Source: an uncultured bacterium
GTDB lineage: Bacteria > Actinomycetota > Acidimicrobiia > Spongiisociales > UBA5794
Assembly: GCA_963801165.1 (NCBI GenBank)
Contig: CAWDDT010000007.1
Coordinates: forward strand, 1-64,000
Direction of reading: 5' to 3'
Length of the DNA stretch: 64,000 nt
In this document: positions 10,092-19,600 of the stretch, in pieces
How positions within the stretch are numbered: position 1 is the first letter of the stretch
Layout of the letters: each line of letters begins with the position of its first letter
Translations under genes and position numbers: made by a program
Notes under the pieces: model-generated
Told to the model about the DNA's origin: nothing
The model's database searches: none
What the model saw: the letters and a program-made list of their open reading frames with translations, nothing else

Positions 10092-11249
10092 TTGCATAGG
10101 ATGGTGCGGTGTTCTACGAAGCCTTCGACTGTGGCTGAGCCCGCCCGACCCTGGGGCGAGTTGTTTGCGTTCACCGTCGACCGGTTGAGCACCACAGTCG
10201 AGGAGATGCACACAGCGATCGTGCGGCCGTGGTTTCGCATGGCCGGGCCCGCCGAGTCAGAGCTCCGGGGCGCCTATATCAGTGCAGCCTCCGGCGTCTA
10301 TCGAAGTGTCAGGGCGGTGGCCTCGATCGCCGGCCGAGTTACGGACATCGTTCGGGGTGGGTCACAGACCGAGCCGACGCGGCGATCGGATGCCGTCCAA
10401 GCCTTTGCCAACGCGGTCTGGGGCGATGAGATGGAGCGTCGGGGGTCTTCGATGGCGATCGGTATGGGCGTTCGAGATCGTTCTGGTGTGATCGTCGATC
10501 TCGACCCGTCGTCTCTGGCGGAAGCGTTCCCCGACGCGTCGGGTCGTCTCGTCGTGCTGCTGCATGGGCTTGGCCAGACCGAGCGTTGCTTCTCGCCGTC
10601 GGGCACGACCCCGGGGTTGGCAGAAGCGCTCGCATCGTCGTCCTTTACGCCGGTCCTGGTCCGCTACAACTCAGGCCGTGCCGTTGCGGTGAACGGGCGC
10701 GACCTCTCGGCCCTCCTGGAGGAAGTGGTTGCGCGTTGGCCGGTCCCCGTTACCGAACTCGCCTTGGTCGGTCACTCGATGGGTGGGCTGGTCGGGCGCG
10801 CTGCGATCGCGTCAGGTCGATCGAATGCCGGCAGATGGGTCGGGACCGTTCGTCATGTAGTCACCATCGCCACGCCGCACGCGGGGTCACCGATCGAAAA
10901 GGGCGTCGAGGCGACGTTTCGGGCACTTATGGTGGCCCCTCAGACCAGAGCGCTCGGAGGGTTTCTGGCGCAACGAAGTGAGGGGATTCGCGATCTCCAT
11001 TCAGGAGCCCACCTGCCTCCTACCTTCGCCGGCATCAATCTTCTGGTTATTGCTTCGGTGATGACGGAGGACGTCTCACACCCGATCGGGTCGCTGTTCG
11101 GTGATCTAGTCGTCACGCCCGGTAGTGCAACCGGCGGAGGGCGAGTCGTCGCCAACGACAAAACCCTGATCGGCGGGCGCCGTCACCACGAAATCCTGGC
11201 AGACCCGTCGATTCCGGACCGCATCCTCGAGTGGATCGAGCCGGCCTGA
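10092..11249 (+). CDS. Alpha/beta hydrolase (lipase/PGAP1-like)
   Basis: LLHGL, GHSMGG nucleophile elbow, TPHAGS, GDLVV; start uncertain. Confidence 0.8.
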   Translation: MHRMVRCSTKPSTVAEPARPWGELFAFTVDRLSTTVEEMHTAIVRPWFRMAGPAESELRGAYISAASGVYRSVRAVASIAGRVTDIVRGGSQTEPTRRSDAVQAFANAVWGDEMERRGSSMAIGMGVRDRSGVIVDLDPSSLAEAFPDASGRLVVLLHGLGQTERCFSPSGTTPGLAEALASSSFTPVLVRYNSGRAVAVNGRDLSALLEEVVARWPVPVTELALVGHSMGGLVGRAAIASGRSNAGRWVGTVRHVVTIATPHAGSPIEKGVEATFRALMVAPQTRALGGFLAQRSEGIRDLHSGAHLPPTFAGINLLVIASVMTEDVSHPIGSLFGDLVVTPGSATGGGRVVANDKTLIGGRRHHEILADPSIPDRILEWIEPA

Positions 11250-11275
11250 CCGACCGCCGATCGAGTCGGAAGACT

Positions 11276-11307
11276 CACAGTCTCTGTGGTTCTGTGATAC
11301 TGTGATG
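11276..11307. promoter_or_regulatory. Putative antitoxin autoregulatory operator
   Basis: CACAG..CTGTG inverted repeat plus repeated CTGTG immediately before the antitoxin ATG. Confidence 0.5.
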
Positions 11308-11309
11308 CC

Positions 11310-11549
11310 ATGAAGAACATCACGATCGCCGTGCCCGACGAGGTCTATCGATCGGCAAGAATTCACGCTGCCGAAGGCGGAACATCGGTGAGCGCCCTCG
11401 TTGCCGATTACCTGACCTCGCTTACGCACCGCGACGCCGAGTTTGCACGGCTCGCCGCCCAGCAGCGGCGAATCACAGACGAGATCCACCAATTCCGGGC
11501 CTCAGATCGGCTCGATCGAGACGAACTTCACGATCGTGCGCTTCGTTGA
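11310..11549 (+). CDS. RHH-type antitoxin (VapB-like)
   Basis: MKNITIAVPDEVY...TSVSALV...RLDRDELHDR; overlaps the PIN gene. Confidence 0.8.
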   Translation: MKNITIAVPDEVYRSARIHAAEGGTSVSALVADYLTSLTHRDAEFARLAAQQRRITDEIHQFRASDRLDRDELHDRALR

Positions 11550-11943
11550 TACCAACGTCCTGCTGTACGCCATTTCGACGGACCCCGCCGAGCAGCGCAA
11601 GGCTGAACTAGCCGGCCAGATACTTGACGAGGGCGACGTGGCTCTGTCGGTGCAAGTGCTGCAAGAGTTCTACGTCCAGGCGACGAGAACGTCCCGACCT
11701 GATGCGCTGACCCACGATCAGGCGCTGGGGCTGGTGGAGTCGTTCCTGCGGTTCCCAACCCAAGCCGTTGATACGCCCATCCTGCTCGCCGCTTGTGCGA
11801 GCCGCGACACCTTCGGAATCTCATACTGGGACGCCGCCATCATCGAAGCCGCCAGAGCCATGGCCTGCCGCGAGGTCCTATCCGAAGATCTCAGCCATCA
11901 TCAGGACTACCACGGCATCCGGGTTGTGAACCCCTTCGGCTGA
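11536..11943 (+). CDS. vapC: PIN-domain toxin (VapC)
   Basis: FVDTNVLLY, QVLQEF, SYWDAAI, LSEDL, VVNPF. Confidence 0.9.
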   Translation: MRFVDTNVLLYAISTDPAEQRKAELAGQILDEGDVALSVQVLQEFYVQATRTSRPDALTHDQALGLVESFLRFPTQAVDTPILLAACASRDTFGISYWDAAIIEAARAMACREVLSEDLSHHQDYHGIRVVNPFG

Positions 11944-11969
11944 CCGAGCCGCAAGCACGACCCGCCAAA

Positions 11970-11990
11970 CGACCTTTGGGTTATGAGCCC
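11970..11990 (-). pseudogene. tRNA-fMet remnant (anticodon arm), att-like copy A
   Basis: Reverse complement GGGCTCATAACCCAAAGGTCG = initiator tRNA anticodon arm (CAT, three G-C pairs). Confidence 0.7.
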
Positions 11991-12134
11991 CTTTCCAGCG
12001 GTGTCGGTCGGGGACAGCTAATGCGGGAAAGTGCTGTCCAACGAGGCGTTTCGCGAATCGGCTTACGACGCGCGACGCAAGAACGAGGTTCGGCGATGGG
12101 CGACTTTCGGGTTCGGTGGTGGGGCTTCGTCGCA

Positions 12135-12446
12135 CTAGTTGAAATTGGCGATGGCCAGGGCAAGAGCCGTGATCAGAGAGCCCGAAGCGACGACCAATAC
12201 CCATGACACGATGACGGTGGTAGTCAGGAATCTGCCGTGACGCTGATGCGATCTCAGCAGAGCGATCACTCCGACCACAATGCCGACGAGGGTGCTTGCG
12301 ACAGTTACTAGGTTGTTGTCGAACCACCTCACCGAGATGAAGACGCCGATCAGCGACCCAACACCTGCGCCTGCTAGCAAACCGATGATCACATCGTGGA
12401 TCATCCATTGAGACCTCGGTGCGACGGTTGTTGACTCGACCGACAT
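12135..12446 (-). CDS. Small hypothetical membrane protein (3 TM)
   Basis: GAAGGA RBS then MSVESTT; three hydrophobic segments. Confidence 0.6.
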   Translation of the reverse strand: MSVESTTVAPRSQWMIHDVIIGLLAGAGVGSLIGVFISVRWFDNNLVTVASTLVGIVVGVIALLRSHQRHGRFLTTTVIVSWVLVVASGSLITALALAIANFN

Positions 12447-12651
12447 TCCTTCTCTCCTTCGCGAATCCGTATAGGTGGTAGAAATCACAGTCAGGCCACC
12501 AACCAGACCACCAACACCAGCACTACCGGGGGCCACACCCAACTGAGAACAGCTTGCGCATCGAGACCTGGCGTTCTCGAGTAACGGACACAGAGCGGCC
12601 AGCTCCGGGTAGCGCTCCTGGAGCTGGCCTTGATGGTGGTGGTCTTCGTTG

Positions 12652-13371
12652 TCACGCAGGCATGCCGGCCGAGATCGGTGAGGGCTTGAAGCCTTTGAAT
12701 GCCAGGTATGCGCCCAGGGAGAATTCCCACACTGCTATTGGAATTGTCGCAATCGCGGTTTGTGCGGAGGATGAATCCCAGGCACCGAACATCGTGCCGA
12801 CAAACGCGGCGATGAGTATCGGCGCCCCGATGAGTCCGAGCAGCGGGAGCTTCCTCGGCACTAGCCCCGACTGGTATAGCAGGGAGCCGAGCAGGAGCGC
12901 GTTCACGGCTGGTATGAAGCTCTGTGAGACGAGGAACGTCTTGTCATACAGCCCGACAAGGGCTTGGCCGGTGACCAACCCGTCTGCTCCAACTCCGGAC
13001 TGCCGTAGGGCCACGACTGTGAGGAGGCTGGCCACGCCAGCGAAGATCATGGTGCCTTCGAGGACGCGCGAACCGACGAGGCCCAATGCGCGCCCTTGGC
13101 TTTGTCTCTTGACAACCGGGTACAGCACGACGGCGGTGCCGATGCCGGCGAGAGCAACGATCAGTTCCAGGATGCCTCCGAAGAACACGCCGGTGTCCGA
13201 GCCGGAGCCGAGCATGAAATCCGCCTCGTGCACCGGACCGTAGAGGGCGAGGGTCGGAATCGAGACAAAGGTGATCAGGTAGAGCACTCCAGCCCAGAGC
13301 GATGTCTTCCTCAGTGAGTCCATCGGGACTCGTTTGTTTGCGACTGGTCGGTCGATGACGGTTGTTGCCAT
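12652..13371 (-). CDS. DUF4386-like membrane protein
   Basis: AGVLYLITFVSIP, AVVLYPV, GLVPR, WEFSLG..L.FKGF. Confidence 0.8.
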   Translation of the reverse strand: MATTVIDRPVANKRVPMDSLRKTSLWAGVLYLITFVSIPTLALYGPVHEADFMLGSGSDTGVFFGGILELIVALAGIGTAVVLYPVVKRQSQGRALGLVGSRVLEGTMIFAGVASLLTVVALRQSGVGADGLVTGQALVGLYDKTFLVSQSFIPAVNALLLGSLLYQSGLVPRKLPLLGLIGAPILIAAFVGTMFGAWDSSSAQTAIATIPIAVWEFSLGAYLAFKGFKPSPISAGMPA

Positions 13372-13459
13372 GGCCCTTGTCCTCTCTTCGATCTAAGGTC
13401 TTTCGTGCACGTACTATACACATGCGCAATATCTACGTGTGAAATAGTATGCTGCAGGC

Positions 13460-13987
13460 ATGACACAGTCGAGTTTTGTTGACGAGTCCGTGGCGGGCTG
13501 GAGCCGCCTCTTCCCGGATCGGGACATGCTCAGCCTGGGAGTCGTCCAACGCTTGGTCTGGAGCGGGCGTCTGGCCCACAAGCTCCTGGAACGGACTGCC
13601 ATCGCCTCCGGGCTGCAGAGGCGGGGCGACTACGAGGTGCTGGCGATACTGCGCCGGTACGAACCAACACTCCTCACACCCCTAGAGGTTGCACAACAGC
13701 TCCTGACTTCACCGTCGGGCATGACCGGCAAACTCGATCGACTCGAGGAACAAGGCCTCATCCAACGAACACCCGACCCCGAAGACCGAAGGGCGGTCAG
13801 ACTGAGAATCACCGACTCGGGCCGTACCTTGATCGACGAAGCGTTCACAGCCAGCCTCAGTGTGTACGAATCCATGCTTGATGAGTTGCCACACACCGAG
13901 GTAGAGAACCTAGAGGCCCTTCTCGAAAAACTCCTCAAACGACTAGACAACCTCACACAGACGAGCCAAACCAAGACCACAAGCTAG
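13460..13987 (+). CDS. MarR family regulator
   Basis: DYEVLAILRR, SGMTGKLDRLE..GLI.R..DPEDRR. Confidence 0.9.
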   Translation: MTQSSFVDESVAGWSRLFPDRDMLSLGVVQRLVWSGRLAHKLLERTAIASGLQRRGDYEVLAILRRYEPTLLTPLEVAQQLLTSPSGMTGKLDRLEEQGLIQRTPDPEDRRAVRLRITDSGRTLIDEAFTASLSVYESMLDELPHTEVENLEALLEKLLKRLDNLTQTSQTKTTS

Positions 13988-13989
13988 AG

Positions 13990-14140
13990 GTCAGCGTTCC
14001 AGCGCGGAGACGTGACGTGCGTTGTGAACATCGACTCGCCGTCGTCCATCTCGCTCCCGGAAGGTGAGCCGCTTATCAGCACCGAGCCGCTCACCGGAAA
14101 CCAGTTGCCCTCTGATGCAGCCGCACGGATTCTGACCGAG
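13990..14140 (+). pseudogene. C-terminal fragment of a GH13 alpha-glucosidase
   Basis: AFQRGDVTCVVNIDS..ISLPEGEPLISTEPL..LPSDAAA resembles actinobacterial GH13 C-termini; no start. Confidence 0.45.
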
Positions 14141-14228
14141 AGCGATTGATCGTACGAACTGTGCCGACAAGGCTGTGTCGACCCTCCGACGTTCGGGTTG
14201 TGAGCCTGACGATGGTCGGACGTACCGG

Positions 14229-14400
14229 TCACATGGGGGCGATGCCGCCGATGTCAATTGCCGCGGCGCCCTCCGCCATCCTCTTGTTGTACGTCACCAG
14301 CGCGTCCAGTTCGTCACCGATCTCCATGGCGGCGGCGAAGTGGAGCGCGTTGAGGCTTCGGAGGCGTATGTCCGGTTCCAGCACGGCCGCCCGCTCACAT
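14229..14400 (-). pseudogene. VapC/PIN C-terminal fragment
   Basis: LRSLNALHFAAA...LVTYNKRMAEGA corresponds to the LRSLDAIH..TYD.R motif, degraded. Confidence 0.6.
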
Positions 14401-14494
14401 AGAACAGACAATCGACGGCAATGCGCCTGAGACCATCTGAGTCGGCTGGCTCAGTCCACGACCATGTAGGGTCGTGAGCCGGACGGCGGGGATA

Positions 14495-14821
14495 GTGAAA
14501 GACGGAACATACCAATTCGTGGTGACGGCAAACAGCGGTGCGGTCGAAGCACTGGCAACCCTCGCGGGAGGAGCGATCGACGGTGCAAGTCTTGGCTACG
14601 AGTTCGGAGGTCGGCTGACCGCGATCGGCGACCGCGTCGAAGGTGTGATCACGGCGGTGTGGACGGGATCGTTGCCCCCTTCACTCGGTATGTTCAAGAG
14701 CATCTCCGTCCACGTCAACGGGCCGTACGATCCGGTCACCGGCGGGTTCACGTTGGAAGGGCAGGTCAGCGGTCATCACGTCGTCTCGATCAAGGTTGTG
14801 GCGACTCCGGTCCACAGCTGA
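14495..14821 (+). CDS. Hypothetical protein, GrlR-like beta barrel
   Basis: MKDGTYQFVV...GAIDGASLGYEFGG resembles the GrlR-family N-terminus. Confidence 0.45.
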   Translation: MKDGTYQFVVTANSGAVEALATLAGGAIDGASLGYEFGGRLTAIGDRVEGVITAVWTGSLPPSLGMFKSISVHVNGPYDPVTGGFTLEGQVSGHHVVSIKVVATPVHS

Positions 14822-14889
14822 GCTCAGGCTACGCGACGAAATCCGTTGGGTCGTGTGTACTCGCGGGCTGATCGCTTTTCGGGCGGGAG

Positions 14890-15208
14890 ATGCCGTCAGT
14901 AAAGACCCGAGGAGTCGGATTCCCCGAGGCACATCGTTGCTCTCGTGACCACTTGCGGTGTCGGTGCGACCACCAAAACGATCGAGCACGTCGATCCACG
15001 GAGATACCCGGTCAACTCTACTTACGATGCGCGACGGTCGCATCGAAGCAGGCGAAGGCTGAGCTGAAGAACACGACATCAGCATCATCGATGCCAACAC
15101 CGGAGAGATCCTTCGCCACCTCACCCTCAATCCCGACCACGACTACCAGCTCCAACCAAGAACCCCCAAACCGTAGGTTTGGGGGTTCCCGGTGTCTTGC
15201 GCATCACA
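14890..15208 (+). mobile_element. IS481-family remnant (degraded transposase C-terminus, hairpin, terminal repeat)
   Basis: IIDANTGEILRHLTLNPDHDYQ; hairpin 15160-15188; end TGTCTTGCGCATCACA 15193-15208. Confidence 0.7.
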
Positions 15209-15210
15209 AT

Positions 15211-15258
15211 TCGTACCGGGGTAGGGATCTGAGCCCACGACCTTCGGTTTGAGCGCCC
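15211..15258 (-). pseudogene. Degenerate tRNA-fMet 3' half, copy B
   Basis: TCGTACCGGGGTAGGGATCTGAGCCCACGACCTTCGGTTTGAGC aligns to copies D and E. Confidence 0.55.
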
Positions 15259-15331
15259 ACCTGGGAGGTGCGCGGTCCGCATTGAGTCCGCGAAACGCCT
15301 GGGCATTGACTGTTCTGACGCTGTAAGACCG

Positions 15332-16456
15332 CTAGCCGCCAACCGCCTGGTGGAGATAGCCGACGAGTTCGAACACCTTGTCCAGCGTCGTGTGGCCGCC
15401 CGGGTATTCGTCGAGCGTGACGTCGATCCCAGCTTCAGAAAGCCGCTGTGCCAGCAGCTGTCCGGCGTCGATATAGCTGACGACGCCGTCATCGAGCTGT
15501 CCGAGCTGCTCCAGGTCGGCGCGAATCGACCCGGAGGGGTCCCGCAGAGCGAGCCAACCGGGCACGTCCGACGCATTGTCAATGATCCTGGGGTTGGTGC
15601 CGTCGGATGCGATCCAGAGGAAGAACCTGGCGTCGAGATTCGGGGGCCAATAGCTCGGATCCGTCATTGCTGCCACCTCGGCCTGCATCGCCTCCGGGTC
15701 GGCGGCAAAGGCTTCGTCGAAGTTCTGGGAGTGCAGGAGGTACTCGCCGTCGCCGAGCACCACACCGACGGGCGGAGTGGGAGGCGCATCGGTTGCGCAC
15801 CCCTCGATCGGGGCGTCGATCGGTTCCAGCGAGCCGAACAGCGCCGGGCCGACCCCTGCCGAGAATCCGTACAGGACCGTGGCGGCGGGGTCGCCCCCGT
15901 AGCTGGCGGCGCTCTGTTGCGCAAAGGCGATCGCACAGTTCGCCGTCTCCTTCCATGCCTCGAAGGTGTCGACGGTGATGGGGAGGGCGGCGAAGTCGAC
16001 CCACGACGGCGTGAACACCACCATGCCCTGGGCTGCGGCTTCATCGGCAACAACGGTGGTCGCCATCTCGTCCTTCAGCTTGTCGTCGAACCCGTGGAAG
16101 GCAACGACGACCGGCCACGGACCTTCGCCCGACGCGGGGGTGCGGACGTCCATCGAGAAGTCGAAGGTATCCGTCTTCATGTAGACGAGATCGGTTGTCT
16201 CGGTGAATGCCTCATCATCATCGGCCGTCGCGCTTTCGTTCCCCGGGCTGACCGTGGTTGCCGGAGCCGCGACCGCGATGGCCGGAGCCTGGACCGTGGT
16301 GGCAGTTGTGGTGGACGTCACCGCCTCGCTCGTTGTGGTTCCGGCTGTGCCGGTCGAGCACGCGGCAGCGACCACACCGAGTACTATCACCGCGGCGAAC
16401 CTCAGTCGTCGTCCAGCTCCGCGGTCATCGCAGTGCTGGTTGTCTCTGTACCTCAT
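15332..16456 (-). CDS. Lipoprotein with alpha/beta hydrolase fold
   Basis: Lipobox AAAC, Thr-rich linker, PVVVAFHG, GFSAG, C-terminal GGH. Confidence 0.75.
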   Translation of the reverse strand: MRYRDNQHCDDRGAGRRLRFAAVIVLGVVAAACSTGTAGTTTSEAVTSTTTATTVQAPAIAVAAPATTVSPGNESATADDDEAFTETTDLVYMKTDTFDFSMDVRTPASGEGPWPVVVAFHGFDDKLKDEMATTVVADEAAAQGMVVFTPSWVDFAALPITVDTFEAWKETANCAIAFAQQSAASYGGDPAATVLYGFSAGVGPALFGSLEPIDAPIEGCATDAPPTPPVGVVLGDGEYLLHSQNFDEAFAADPEAMQAEVAAMTDPSYWPPNLDARFFLWIASDGTNPRIIDNASDVPGWLALRDPSGSIRADLEQLGQLDDGVVSYIDAGQLLAQRLSEAGIDVTLDEYPGGHTTLDKVFELVGYLHQAVGG

Positions 16457-16602
16457 ATCCGTGCCCTTCGCTCGCGTACTCCGCGGTCACTCGACCGCTG
16501 CTGTCACGGGAAAGGGTCACCGACGGGCATTAACAGAAGATTGCAGCGGCGTAGAGTCGACTGTTAACAGATCTGAAAGTGGAGGGCGGTTGTATCGCTG
16601 CC

Positions 16603-19600
16603 ATGGAGTTTCACGCGCTCGGTCGGCTGGCGGCATATCGCAACGGCGATGAGGTGGATCTCGGAACGCCCAAGCAGAAAGCGGTGTTGGCATTCCTCCT
16701 GATCAACGCGAACAGGCCCGTGTCCGTCGATCGTCTTCTCGACGCAGTCTGGGGCGACGACGGCCACGGCAAGGAGAACGCTCTGCGCGTCTACCTGTCC
16801 CGTTTGCGCTCGGCGCTCGAACCGGAGCGGCAACGAGGTGAGAGCTCCTTGTTGGCCAACCGCGGGAACGCATACCAGCTGACAGTCGACCCCGATCACT
16901 TCGATGTAGTCCAGTTCGAGCGGGAAGCCGCCGAGGGTCGCCTCCTGCTGAAGACTGATCCGGCAGCGGCAGCCAAGGTACTCACGTCCGCGCTGAGCCG
17001 GTGGAGGGGCCCGGCCTTCGACGATTTCGTCTATGACGATTTCGCACAGGTCGAGCGCATGAGGCTGAACGAGGCCCGGGTGACGGCGATCGAGGACCGT
17101 ATCGAAGCCGACCTGACCTTGGGTCTGGCCGGCGAACTCCTCAGCGAGCTCGAGGTGCTCAGAGACGAGCATCCGCTGCGAGAACGCCTGGTGTCGCACC
17201 AGGCGCTGTCCCTCTACCGAGCGGGCCGTCCTGCCGACGCGCTTCGGGCCATCGAGCGATTCCGTCGGTACGTGGGTGAAGAGCTGGGGATCGACCCCTC
17301 GCCACAACTCCTCCGTCTGGAGGAGCAGGTGCTGTTGCACGATCAGAGCATTCAGCCGCGAACACCGCGTGGAAGATCGCCGCTGGGTCAACCTGAGGCT
17401 GCAAATCCGTTCAAGGGGCTCCTGCCGTTCGGGCCCGAGGACGCCGAGTTCTTCTTCGGGAGAGATACCCTTGTAGCTGAGCTCCTTCGCATGCTCGGCA
17501 TTGGTCAGCGCGTCGTGGCGCTGGTAGGCGCCAGCGGGTCGGGGAAATCGAGTGTCGTTCGAGCCGGTCTCATCCCCGCTCTGGCAAAGGGCGCGATCGA
17601 AGGATCAGATCGATGGCTTGTCGCCAGCATGATGCCCGGATCCCACCCGTTCGCCGAGCTGGAAGCTGCGCTTCTCCACTCGGTGATCGATGGCCCCGAC
17701 AGCCTCGATGAGCAACTGCGGGACGGCAAGGCAGGGCTCCTTCGTGCTGCCCTACGGATCCTCCCCACCGAAGGCTCGCGCCTGTTGTTGATAATCGACC
17801 AGTTCGAGGAGCTCTTCACCATGGTCGACGGCGACGCCGTGCGCGAACGCTTCCTGTCGAACCTCGTCACAGCGGTGGATGACCCACATGATCGTATTTC
17901 AGTTCTGGTCACGCTGCGCGCTGACTTCTACGGGCTGCCGTTGCAGCACCCCGAGTTCGGCGCTCGTCTTGGCACCGGCGTCGTGAACGTCACACCAATG
18001 ACCGTCGAAGAACTCGAGGCCGCTGCGCTCAAGCCCGCAGAACGTGTCGGCGTCGGCTTTGAACCGGCGTTGCTCGGCCAGCTCATCGCAGATGTGGGCA
18101 GACAGCCGGGAGCGCTTCCCCTGTTCCAGTACGCGCTGACCGATCTGTTCGATCGTCGCGCCGGTGACACGCTGCTCGCGGCGACCTATCGGTCGATGGG
18201 CGGAATCGAAGGAGCGCTCCGCAGACGGGCAACCGACCTCTACCAGCAACTGGATTCCGCTCACCAGGAGGCTGCTCGCCAGCTGTTCCTCCGCCTGGTG
18301 TCCCTCACCGAGCAGGGCCAACGAAGCCGCCGACGTGTCGCGGCCAGGGACGTCGCCTCGCTGGCCGGGGACACGGTGACGATGCACGACGTGATCAACC
18401 TGTTCGGAGACCACCGACTGTTGTCCTTCGACGCTGATCCTCTCACGGGCGCACCGACCGTAGAGCTGGCACACGAGGCTCTGCTTGGAGCCTGGCCGAC
18501 GCTCGAAGGGTGGATCGATGAGTGTCGTGAGGACCTTCGCCGGCAGACTGCCCTGGCCGTGGCGGTGCGAGAATGGCAGCTGGCCGATCACGACCCCAAC
18601 TACCTGCTGCCGGCGGTGCGGCTCGCGGACTACGAAGAGTGGTGCCGCTCGTCACGCATGGCGCTCAACTCCGCCGAGCAGGCCTTTCTCGAAGCCGGCC
18701 GGGCACGCGCCGACGATGAGTCTGCCGCCGATGAACGCCGGCGTCAGGGCGAGGCCCGATCCCGGCGCAGGCTGCGGTTGCTGGTCGGCACATTGGCAGG
18801 CACACTGGGCGTCGTTGCGCTGGTACTCCTTGTGGTGTTTCTCCGCGGCGAGGATCCGACTGTGACGTTCTTCGACAGCCCCAGCTCCGCCTGGGACGCC
18901 AACATCGCGTCCGGGCTCGAGCGGGCAGATCGCGAGCTCGACATGTCTCTCGTCGATGTTCCCTGGGTTGTCGACCCCCCTGCGGAGCTCCGCGAGTTGG
19001 CGGCCACAGCCCCGGAGATCGTCATCATGGACGAGGCCGCGACCTCGCTCGATCCCAAAGTGATGGAAGGCTTTCCAGAGGTTCGATTCGGGATTATCGA
19101 CGGGACGGCTGAGGGGTCGAATGTCACATCGGCCGTGTTCGCCAACGAACAGGGTGGGTTCCTGGCGGGTGCCGCAGCTGCGCTGAAAAGCGAAACCGGG
19201 ATCGTGGGGTTCATCGGGGCTACCCAGCTCGCGACGGTCGAGCAATACCGGGCCGGCTTTGAAGCCGGCGTTCGATCCGTGTCACCGGAGACGATCGTTC
19301 TCGCAACATTCGTCGACCAGACCGGCGAGACAGATGGGTTCTCTCGCCCGGATTTTGCCGAGGCGCGGGCTGTCGCATTGTTCCAGCGGGGGGCCGACGT
19401 GATCTTTGCAGCAGCAGGTCAATCGGGCCTGGGGGTGTTCCGGGCGGCAGATACCCAATCGGCGGTCGTCGGCCGGGATTTGCAGGTGATCGGCGTGGAC
19501 AACGATCAATGGTTCGAAGTGCCGTTGGAGGAGCGGTCCCACGTGCTGACCTCGATTATCAAGCGGGGTGACCTCGCCGCCTACGAACTCGTCGAACACA

